Shown one piece after another: positions 12,694-23,515 of a stretch of DNA of 64,000 nt (the first letter of the stretch is position 1; each line of letters starts with the position of its first letter). Source of the DNA: Octopus vulgaris (lineage: Eukaryota); contig OX597819.1 in assembly GCA_951406725.2 (NCBI GenBank), positions 61,938,001 through 62,002,000 on the forward strand, read 5' to 3'. Under the pieces are notes generated by a model. The model searched no databases. It saw nothing but the letters and a program-made list of their open reading frames with translations, and was not told where the DNA came from. Made by a program: the position numbers and the translations under genes.

Positions 12694-13269
12694 GTGAGTT
12701 GAATTTTTGGATGTTTTTTTTATTTGTAATTTTCATTTGTTTTACATATTGTTTAACTCAGCTCTAATCCAGAAGGCATATCATCAAAGCTATTCCGGTT
12801 ATGACCACCATGTCTTGTCTTCAGATATATCCTTATTTTTTTATCTTCTATTTGTTTAAGTCGTTTGATTGCAGCAATACTGGGTCCCCACCTTGAGAGG
12901 CTTTAGTTGAACAAATGAACCCTAGAGCTTTTTTTTTTAAGGGCCAGTACTTATTTTAGTGGCCTCTTTTGCCAAACTGCTATGCTATGTCATGGGGATG
13001 TAAACAAACCAACACCAGTTGTTGAGTGGCAGTAGGGGCAAACAGAACACAAACACACAGAAACACATACACATACATACATACATACACACACACATAC
13101 ATATATATATATATATGGGTTTCTTTCAGTTTCCATGTACCAAATCCACTCAAAAGGCTTTGATTGGCCCAGGACTATAGTAGAAGACACTTGCCCCAGA
13201 TGCCATTGTGCGAAACTGAAACCAAAACTAACACGTCTCTTTCTCTTGCACACACTCACTCTTTCTCTT

Positions 13270-13332
<63 letters not shown>

Positions 13333-13453
13333 AATCTGAAGTTTTCTGGACTGCATCAGAAAATAATCTTTCAAAGATTTTCCTCCAATATTTAGAAACA
13401 ATGAAATTCCTTTTAGTTCAGTTCCATTAAAATATGTTGTTTATTTATTACAG

Positions 13454-13478
13454 GCTGTCAGATTGGCCAATGAAAACG
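13454..13478 (+). CDS. TMEM160: TMEM160-like, 25-nt coding exon 2 (AVRLANEN-G)
   Basis: ttattacag acceptor, gtaagt donor; phase 0 in, phase 1 out; joins to give VRLANENGYLSWNRNG, comparable to recalled human LRKAHETAFLSWFRNG. Confidence 0.8.
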
Positions 13479-13712
13479 GTAAGTGAGAAAATTCTAAATT
13501 ATTTCCTTATTTCTAACATTTCTTTTACTCAACATCACTTAGAATGGTTTCTGTCTTATTTTTTTTTTGTTTCCTAACAACCAACACACAAGAAAGAAAC
13601 CCATCTACTTTTGTGGTTCCAACAAACTTATTTGCACGTTTTTTTCCATATTTAAGTTCTTGTCTAAATAATACAAGTGGAAGGAGCATAAAGGAAAATC
13701 TTTCTATTACAG

Positions 13713-13811
13713 GGTATCTCTCTTGGAACCGTAATGGTTACTTAGCAACTGCAGTAGGTGTAGCAATGCAAGCCGAGGCGAAGATGCCACTAAGTGGAGT
13801 GGCTTCTGAAG
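13713..13811 (+). CDS. TMEM160: TMEM160-like, coding exon 3 (GYLSWNRNGYLATAVGVAMQAEAKMPLSGVASE)
   Basis: tattacag acceptor, gtgagt donor, phase 1-1; LSWxRNGxLA motif followed by a hydrophobic helix (TMEM160/YidH-DUF202-like). Confidence 0.82.
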
Positions 13812-13833
13812 GTGAGTTTTTCATTGTTTTGTT

Positions 13834-14046
13834 TTACCCTTTCATTACCAACTCTGGCTCTGAGTACAAATGTCTTGTTTGCATAAGTTTTGAATTAAAA
13901 TCTTCCACCAAACCTTTGTCAACAATTTATGTTCCTAACACTTGCTGAATGATGACTAAGCTATTTTACTAAATTCTTTGTTATATTTAAAGTAATTGAA
14001 AGAAATAGAGAGCATCTCAAAATAAATTCAGTAACGAAAGGGTTAG
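13834..14046. mobile_element. piggyBac-like MITE (ACCCTTT...AAAGGGTTA ends); relatives at 44428-44648, 18144-18368, 22150-22492, 27918-28125
   Basis: short TIRs with TTAA-like flanks; 44428-44648 is a reverse-complement copy. Confidence 0.55.
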
Positions 14047-14563
14047 ATGAGTTTGGTCATAAAACAGTGGTTTGTCTTATTTCTGGAGTTTGATGTTTTA
14101 GAACAAGGCAGTTTAGGTAATGCTATCTAAATTCTTACTTAAAACTAAATTACATGCAATCATATGGAGGTGTTTGGCTTAATGGTTAGGGTATTGCACC
14201 CACAATCACAAGATTATAGGTTCGAAGGTTCAATTCCTGGACCACGCGGTGTGTTGTGTTCTTGAGCAAAATATTTCATTTCATGTTGATCTAGTGCTGT
14301 GTAAGGACCAGTATGTCAAAAAATAGACCCAACATTTCCTCTGCATGTCATAAAGGGCAACTAAAAGAGGTTGAGCTAGGATTTGCACTCCAACCTTGGA
14401 GAACCCTCACTAGCAACAACAACCCTACAAAACAGACCCATGGGTTGGAGGGTTGTCACCTGAACAGTGCAAAGGAGTCATCTGCCCCGAGTAGGGAATC
14501 ACCAAACAAATGGTGGATGCAGTGTTGCTCTGTTACAGCACATGCCCCCATACTGCTGTTTCT

Positions 14564-15037
14564 ACTACTACTACTACTACTACTTTTACTTTGGACCCAG
14601 CTGTTGTGAGTTTCTTGGAATCACAGGCAAACAGCAGATATTTAGACCTTTCATTGCAGCAGTTGCTGTTGAGCGAACGGTCTTCATCCCAGAGCTCACA
14701 AGATGGGAGAAGTCCAAAACGTGGTCCTTTGCTATTCGTAAGACCCACAGAAGAGAAAGCAGGTCAACCCCCGACACCGAGAGCATCAACAGATGGATGA
14801 ATACGCATCCAGGCTCAGTGGTTGCGTAGGAAGTCGGAGACAAGAAACAGGAAGAAAGAGTGAGAGAAAGTTGGGGCGAAAGAGTACAACAGGGGTCGCC
14901 ACCACCCCCTGCTGGAGCCTCATGGAGCTTTAGGTGTTTTCGCTCAATAAATACACACAACACCCGGTCTGGGAATCGAAACCGTGATCCTCCGACTGCG
15001 AGTCTGCTGCCCTAACCACTGGGCCATTGCACCTCCA
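14564..15037 (-). mobile_element. Long tRNA-head SINE with (AGT)n tail
   Basis: GGAGGTGCAATGGCCCAGTGGTTAGGGCAGCAGACT...GTTTCGATTCCCAGACC head; ACT repeats at 14564-14583. Confidence 0.7.
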
Positions 15038-15287
15038 CTTGCAGCAGCTGCTGATCCATTATGCACATCTGCAACAATGAAGTACCATCAGTTCCATAGA
15101 TTCCTCACAAGCAAATACAACACACAGAATGTGTTGTATTGGTTGGAGCTACTACAATTGACCGTGTCTCCTGTTGAAGTATCATGAAAGAACATGATGT
15201 TCCTATACCCATCACACCTCATACCTTGACTCTTTTGATACCAACCCACCTGAGACCACCCCTCCTGATTCTATGAAACAAAGTTCT

Positions 15288-15435
15288 TCCTTATTTACAA
15301 TATTTACATTCAACGGATATTTGTCCTCATCTTGTTTGTTGTTAACACAACGTTTCGGCTGATATACCCTCCAGCCTTCTTCAGGTGTCTTGGGAAAATT
15401 TCGAACCTGGGTTCTCATTCCTAACGTATTTTTCA
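15288..15435 (-). mobile_element. Penelope-like pLTR-derived short element (family also at 63700-63820 + and fragment 19737-19780)
   Basis: three aligned copies in window; carries hammerhead motif; 19737 fragment flanked by 14-bp direct repeat AACTAAAATGTAAT. Confidence 0.6.
15344..15389 (-). ncRNA. Minimal type I hammerhead ribozyme (Penelope type), apparently intact
   Basis: GACAC-CUGAAGA-A-GGCUG-(10-nt loop)-CAGCC-GAAA-CG-UU|GUGUU; AACGUU palindromic helix III. Confidence 0.78.
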
Positions 15436-15439
15436 ATGA

Positions 15440-15775
15440 TAGATCACTTAAACCCCTTTGATACTAGCTTGCCTGAGACTATGTCTGGTTCTATCATACG
15501 AACTTGTTATTTCAACCCTTCTGTTAATATATCTCTGACTAAATAGATTAATTTAAAATTAATCTATGAGCATTATATTTGCTTGTGTTCTAAACACCAG
15601 ATTAATGATGGCAAAGTTGTTTTATTAAATTCTTCGTTATTTTCAAAATTAATTGAAATTAAGGCTGTGTATTTAGTCAGAGATATATTAACGGAAGGGT
15701 TGAAATAACAAGTTTGTGTGATAGAACCAGACATAGTCTCAGGCAAACTAGTATCAAAGGGGTTTAAGTAATCTA
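15440..15775. repeat. Inverted repeat (arms about 105 bp, 15440-15545 and 15670-15775) built from MITE sequence
   Basis: TAAACCCCTTTGATACTAG...CTAGTATCAAAGGGGTTTA. Confidence 0.85.
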
Positions 15776-16053
15776 AATTAAACCGCTCACCAAAATTTTA
15801 AATTAATTTGTTCCAAACACCAGCTTAAGAATTACTCTTTTTACTCTTTTACTTGTTTCAGTCATGTGACTGTGGCCATGCTGGAGCACCGCCTTTAGTT
15901 GAGCAAATCGACCTCTGGACTTATTCTTTGTAAGCCTAGTAGTTATTCTGTCGGTCTCTTTTGCAGAACTGCTAAGTTACAGGGACGTAAACACACCAGC
16001 ATCGGTTGCCAAGTGATGTTGGTGGGGACAAACACAAACAAACATATATACAG

Positions 16054-16863
<810 letters not shown>

Positions 16864-17464
16864 GTGACACGTAAAAGCACCATCCATTCGTGGCCGTTTG
16901 CCAGCTCTGTCTGGCACCTGTGCGGGTGGCACGTAAAAAGCACCCACTACACTCACGGAGTGGTTGGCGTTAGGAAGGGCATCCAGCCGTAGAAACACTG
17001 CCAGATCTGACTGGGCCTGATGAAGCCTTCCAGCTTCACAGACCCCAGTTGAACCGTCCAACCCATGCTAGCATGGAAAACGGACGCTAAATGATGATGA
17101 TGATGATGATATATATATATATATACATACATATATACGACAGGCTTCTTTCAGTTTCCATCTACCAAATCCACTCACAAGGCTTTGGTCAGCCCGAGGC
17201 TATAGTAGAAGACACTTACCCAAGGTGCCACACAATGGGACTGAACCTGGAACCATGTGGTTCATAAGCAAGCTACTTACCACAGAACTACTCCTACGTA
17301 TTTTTAAAAAAAATTAATTGTAACAAAAGCAGCATAATTCTTCAGAAAAATAGTCACAAAAGGGCTTAAATTATAAAATATTAAAATTTCAACTGTCTTC
17401 TTTTTTGTGTTTTTTTATCAGTTAAGTAATTAATTTTTATTTCCTTTCCTTTTTTTTTTTTCAG

Positions 17465-17652
17465 TTTTGTTTTCTATTGCTGGAGCAAATTTAACAATTG
17501 GTTGTGCCATCTTCATATTTAATGTCTGGAAATTACATCCGCAGATTGGTCTGTCACAGACGGGAGTCTATTGTGCTATATTGTTATCCGTAGTACATGT
17601 TATTCTGTGGTTTTTTGCATTTCTTACATTCAAGGGTTACATCACTAAGTAA
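17465..17652 (+). CDS. TMEM160: TMEM160-like, last coding exon (two predicted TM helices, stop TAA)
   Basis: long polypyrimidine tract + cag; phase 1; VLFSIAGANLTIGCAIFIFNV...LWFFAFLTFKGYITK*; total CDS 633 nt. Confidence 0.8.
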
Positions 17653-18870
17653 TAGGCCTATTTGATCGCTTTCCATTTTAACTGATTATATTATCAAAAT
17701 TAATATTCATTTAACTACTATTAACAACAACAACCACTACTAATAATATTAACAATAATAATGATAATAACAACAAGCACAAGGGCCTGAATTTTTGAGA
17801 GAGGATTCTAGTTGATTACATCAACCCCAATACTCAGCTGGTACTTATTTTATCGACCCCAAAACGATGAAAACAAAGTCAGCCACTTTGTTTTATATTA
17901 AGATAATATAAACAAACAAATCCAATAGAAAAGTGAACTAACACTTTGCTTGCCATAGGTGTCACCAGTGATTCCACGTGTTTTATTCTTAATATGGCAC
18001 AAAGTGTTAAAATGCTAAAAGTCCTTCTTTTGATAATTGATAAAAGCTTATAATCATCAGGATAAATAGTGATTATATTGATCTTCTTCACCTGTGTTAT
18101 TTCAGAGATAATCAGCCCTCTTTGTTGTACAATACTTTAGAAATTAACCCTTTAGCATTTAAACTGACTATATCTGGCCCAAATATTCTACCTGCTTTAT
18201 GTTCAGACTGGCCAGATCTCGTCCCTCGCACCTCACCGTACAAAATTCTTAAAATAAACAATCACATTATCAAAATCTCAAAGCTATGAAAGACTGCATG
18301 ATTAACTGAAAACAATGTAGATAAATAACCATTACATTTGACAGAGAAATCTGAATGCTAAAGGGTGAATACATTTCATGAACAAGTTGAAAGCAGTTGT
18401 TTTTTTTTTTGACCTAACATCAACCATATTCATTGTAAACATTGTTGTTTGTGTGTTTACTCTGCAAGGCAGAAGGAATGTGATCTTTTAGCCACATCTA
18501 TATGACAGCATCCTACCCACAATCCTACTGACAAGATGTATCAGCCATTACCCCTCTACAATTGCTCCTACTCTTCTGGCACAGTAATATGTATATCATT
18601 CAAGTCTTGTATCTTGTCCCCTTTTTTCCATCTCTGTGATGCCTCATCCCCTAAGGCCATGCTCTAAACATTTTGCTCACTCTTCTTTTTAATTTCCAAA
18701 ACTACAAACTTCAGGAAGTTTCTCTCTATAGAAATCCAAAACTATACCTCAGCTGCATTGGACTTTGTCAATCTGAATAATCTCTTGCAATAGCTGTCCT
18801 TTGGACTAAAATCTACTGCTAGCTCCAAAAGTTTTTTTTTTATTCTCTCTCTGTTTATTTTCTTGTGCTC

Positions 18871-18906
18871 CTTTCTGTTGAAGAGCATAAGCTCAAAACC
18901 TAAAAG
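18871..18906 (+). ncRNA. Degenerate hammerhead relic, related to the 59988 element
   Basis: CUUU-CUGUUGA-A-GAGC-AUAA-GCUC-AAAA-CC-UA-AAAG; helices I and II intact, core mutated; downstream CCTTCCCGAGCATTAAACTAATAC resembles the 60040-60060 region. Confidence 0.55.
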
Positions 18907-18994
18907 ACTTTCTCACCTTCCCGAGCATTAAACTAATACCCCTGTTTGTTGTTTGTACACCTGTCTTTGTCTTTTGTTTTTCTGTAAATTTCAA

Positions 18995-19050
<56 letters not shown>

Positions 19051-21530
19051 TTATGGCCTGGTGCAGCCTCTTGGCTTCCCAGACCCCAGTTGAACCGTCC
19101 AATCCATGCCAGCATGGAAAACGAATGTTAAACAACGATAATGGTGATGATGATATATACACATATGTACGTATATATATTTATTTATATATACACACAC
19201 ATACACATACATATATATTGCACATGAATGTATTGTTACTGGATCCACTTCTCTCACCTAGCATTTCTTTTTTTGTCTCTCTTAACTCCAATCCTTCTTT
19301 TGGTGGATTCTTAATTGGTTTCAATAATGAGAATTCAGTTGTTCATTCAACTGAATTACCTTTTCATTTAATTAACACGTATTCCACAGACATATACTCC
19401 TTAAACTTAATTCACTGGAAGAATTGACATGATACAGCCTCCTAAAAATCAAGTGATACCCCTCATAAAATTTTCGCTAATTTCTCATGTTAGACTATTG
19501 TTGTTTAACCCCAAGATGGCTTTGATCAAACAGACCTAAGATCAAAACAGATTCCAACCATGACCGTTTCAAGTATGCTGTATCCTTACTTCATTATACC
19601 ATGTGTTTATGTGTTCTTTTTTCGAAGATGATAGGGTATTACTGAGTGAGATTTGGTTAATATTTTTAGCAGGTTGAGTGATCCTGTCACAGACCCCTAT
19701 GATTAATGAATTGTGTTTCAGAAACTAAAATGTAATTTTATTTACATTATTTACATTTGACGGATATTTGTCCTCATCTTAAACATAGAACTGAACTAAA
19801 ATGTAATGTTGTATAAAAAAAACAAAAAACTGTTTCTTTTTTTATAGTTTAAGCTTGTCTGTTAGACATTAATGGAAATCCATTCCATTACCCCATTCTT
19901 CTGTTTAATGAATATATATTTGGTTATTATAGTCACAGGCATGGCTGTGTGGTAACAAGCTTGCTTCTCGACCTCATGGTTACAGGTTCAGTCCCACTGT
20001 GTGCTAACTTGAGCAGATGTCTTGTGCTATAGCTTCAGGTTGATCAAAACTTTCTGAGTGCATTTGGTAGATGGACACTGAAAGAAGCCCATCGTGTGTA
20101 TGTGTGTGTGTGTGTGTGTGCGTGTGAGTGAATGTGTGTGTGTATGTGCATGTCCGTGTGTCTATGTTTGTCCCCTACTACCACTTGAAAACCGGTGTTG
20201 GTGTGTTTATGTCCCTGTAACTTACCAGTTTGGCAAAAGAGACCAATTGTGTAAGTACCAGGCTTAAAAGAAAAACAAAAATGTACTGGAGTCAATTCAT
20301 TCAACTAAAAATTCTTCAAGGTGGTACCCCAGCATGGCCACAGTCTAATGATTGGAACAAGGAAAAGATAAAAGATATGGTAGTTTTCCTCAATACATAC
20401 TTGGCATTACCTCACTCCGTTTATGCTGTGTTCTGATTCATCATAAGAGTTTTATATGTGTGTGGTCTGGTGATACATTGATTTACGACATAAGCATAAA
20501 GCATTGAGAGAGATTGACAGTGAATCATTGCAGTTACCCAGGGATGGCAGAGTCAAATATGGGGACCAGTTGTTATTTATGTAAATAGCATCTTTGACCA
20601 ATTATTCTCTAAAATACACTAATTTTTAATGCCAACTCATCTACATTGTTGTACAAATACTTAGTGGTTCTGTCATCGCTACTTCTGCAAGTATGGTAAA
20701 TTTATGTTAATAAGACCAAAACGTGTATGCGAGTTGTCTCGCAAAATTCCTGAATAATTAACATAGTAATGATCAGCATCGTCATCATCATTTTAATATC
20801 CACTTTTCTATGCTTGCATGGAATTCATTAATGCAGATTTTCTATGGTTGGATGCCTTTCCTGTCACCAATTCTCACCCATTTCCAAGCAAGGTAATATT
20901 TCCCCACTGGCTGGACATGTTTTTGCTACATTATTGGAAATGAAGGACATTGCTTGTATGACAGTGATGCTTTCTTACAACTATGGCATAATGTCATGAC
21001 AAAGATACACACACTTACACCCATATGACAGGCTTCTTTCAGTTTCCGTCTACCACTCACAATACTTTGGTTGGCCTACAGTTATAATGAATGACAATTG
21101 CCCAAAATGCCATGTAGTGAGACTGAACCCAGAATCATGCGACTGGGAAACAAACCTCTTAACCACACAGCCATGTCTGCTCCTATTTTTCTACTAATAT
21201 TGTTGTTTATTCTTCCTGTTACAAGAACAAATTAGAAACACTTAATTCTAATTATTGTTTCTAATGCTCAATTCGTTAAATATATTATTACTGACTTAAC
21301 TTTTGTTTTTCAAATGAATGGCATCTCTAAGTAATTTATTCTCTTAACCATATTTATTCTTTACCATATTTCTACTGAAATACACTGCCTTTATTTGAAT
21401 AAGGTTTAGAAATTGCAAAGAATTTATTAATATAATTTTGTTATTGATAAACTAGTGTTTGAAACAGAAATTATCAAGAAATTTTTTAGGAAATTTTCAG
21501 TTTGTCATCACTACTAAACAATGAAGTTTC

Positions 21531-21787
21531 TGTAGTAAAGATTGTTTGCCAACATAACATGGCAGTCCTGGTTTAAGACTAATATTGCTATAATTAAGCC
21601 CCAAGAGACATTGTCTCCAGCTGTCTATACAACATGATCTGTGTCCTTATACTTTCCACTCGAAAATATAAGGACACAGATTGTGTTGTATAGCCAGGTG
21701 GAGACGATGTCTCCTGGGGCTAAATTGCAGAAACAGTAGTCCTAAACCAGGACTGCCATGCTATGTTGGCAAACAATCTTTACTACA
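21531..21787. mobile_element. Fold-back MITE (about 120-bp arms, 15-nt spacer)
   Basis: TGTAGTAAAGATTGTTTGCCAACAT...ATGTTGGCAAACAATCTTTACTACA. Confidence 0.75.
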
Positions 21788-22935
21788 AAGTATTGTTGGT
21801 GAATATCTCACGTTGTGAGATTTACAAATAATAATTAAGTTTCTATGATAGAATCTGTCTCAGACAGATTAGCATCAAAAAGGCCAAACCATCTGAAGAT
21901 GTTGACAGTCCATATCATGTCAACAGTACTGCTTTGTGTTCATGGGCCTTCATATTTACCTCTCATTCTCCAGTCCTTCTAGCTGTAAATAAGTAATAAA
22001 AATCTATAAAACCCTTGGTGCCTATCTCTAAACTTTCCTGTGTTAAGAGGAGGATTAATGAATCTCTTTTTGAGTAGGATACAAATCTATCTCAGATAAT
22101 ATTTCCCCAAAAGATCAGTTAATTATTTTCTACAGCTAAGTAAATTTTAACGCGCTTTCTTTTCCTTACCATACTTCTGTTGAAATATCTGTTTTATTTC
22201 AATTAATTTTGAAAATAATGGAGAGTTTAATAAAATAACCTTGCCATCATTAAGACAGTATTTAAAACATAAATTAATATAAAATTTTTATGAAGTATAA
22301 AGTCTTTGTTTCATTTAATTCTGGAAATAATGAAAATTGTAATTAAATAACTTTGCCATTATTAAGATGGTGTTTGAATCATAAATTAATGTCAAATTTC
22401 AATGTAAAGTTTAAATTTAGACCACCTTAAACACGAAGTTTGTATCATAGAATGCGTGATGGTTTCCAGTAGGTTTATATATAAAGGGTTAATGCAATGG
22501 AAATTTAAATGTCTCCCTTATAACAAACTTATATTTTCATATATAGATACTTACACTTTAAATTGCTTTCTTTTTCAAGTGTTGTTTTTCAAAAATGAAA
22601 CAAAACAAAATTACTTGTGGCTCTTTTCTAAAGGATAAACTTGTAAATAAGTTTGATGATCATGTAGCATCCCTAAAAGACCTGTGATAAATACTTAGTG
22701 TTTCATCTTCAGTATTTCTGACACCTTACTTGAAAAATAAGAACATAAAGAATAAAACCCGGTATTACATCTCAGGAAACATTATCCATGACACTGTTTA
22801 CCTTTCTCTCACTAACTTAGAATATGTTTTTTTTTTATTGTTCTATCCATAGAATTGTTTTGTGGAATTTTTTAAAGGCAGTTACACATACACAAGCATA
22901 TGCACACACATATCTGGTATATGCAGTTGAGGCTG

Positions 22936-23515
22936 TATTAAATTAAAGCAGACATCTGTGTATCATACTTAATGTATGTATACTATCAACAGGCCAGTTG
23001 CTGCAGTATTTGTTCTGAGATAACATCTCTTATGGACATGCTGTGTTAAAAACACAATAAATGTCAGAGAGAGAGAGAGACAAAGAAATTGCCCCAGCAG
23101 TAACCAACAAGAGTGCCAGAATTATTTCAGCCTTTTGGAGCCTTTTCACTGGCACATACTCATAGCCAGCCATTTGCTCAGATGAGAATTTGTTGCCTCT
23201 GATATGAGAAAAAGTGAACAAAACATCCACTGTTGTGAGGAATAGGTGTCTCTCTAAATAAAGATCCAATATATGCTATTGAGTCAGTATTAAATTAAAA
23301 TAACCATCAATGTATACATAGTTAATGTATACAGTCGATAGGCCAGTTAGTGTGACGTTTTTCCTGAGATAACACCTTATGGATGTTCTATGTTAAAAAT
23401 ACAACAAATATCAGAAGGCGACAAAAAAATTACTCCAGCAATGGCCAGCAAGAACACCAGATGCGTTTCAGCCCTTTTGGGCTTTTTCAATGACATATAC
23501 TCACAGCCAGTCACA
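22936..23515 (-). repeat. Diverged tandem pair (period about 340-350 bp), each unit with a hammerhead-like motif (23113-23155, 23453-23497)
   Basis: units start TATTAAATTAAA at 22936 and 23288 and align; minus strand of unit 2 reads AUGUCA-UUGAAAA-AGCCC-AAAA-GGGCU-GAAA-CGCA-UC|UGGUGU. Confidence 0.6.

Noticed and set aside
14955-15037. tRNA-like sequences (also 12100-12173, 35285-35354 and family A heads)
   Set aside because: SINE heads with A/B boxes but no proper acceptor stem, running on into SINE bodies.
18057-19309. Possible minus-strand exon pair NPPKEGLELRETKKEMLG|EEDQYNHYLS*
   Set aside because: Phase-compatible, but weak AAG acceptor, no recognised homology and no upstream exons found.
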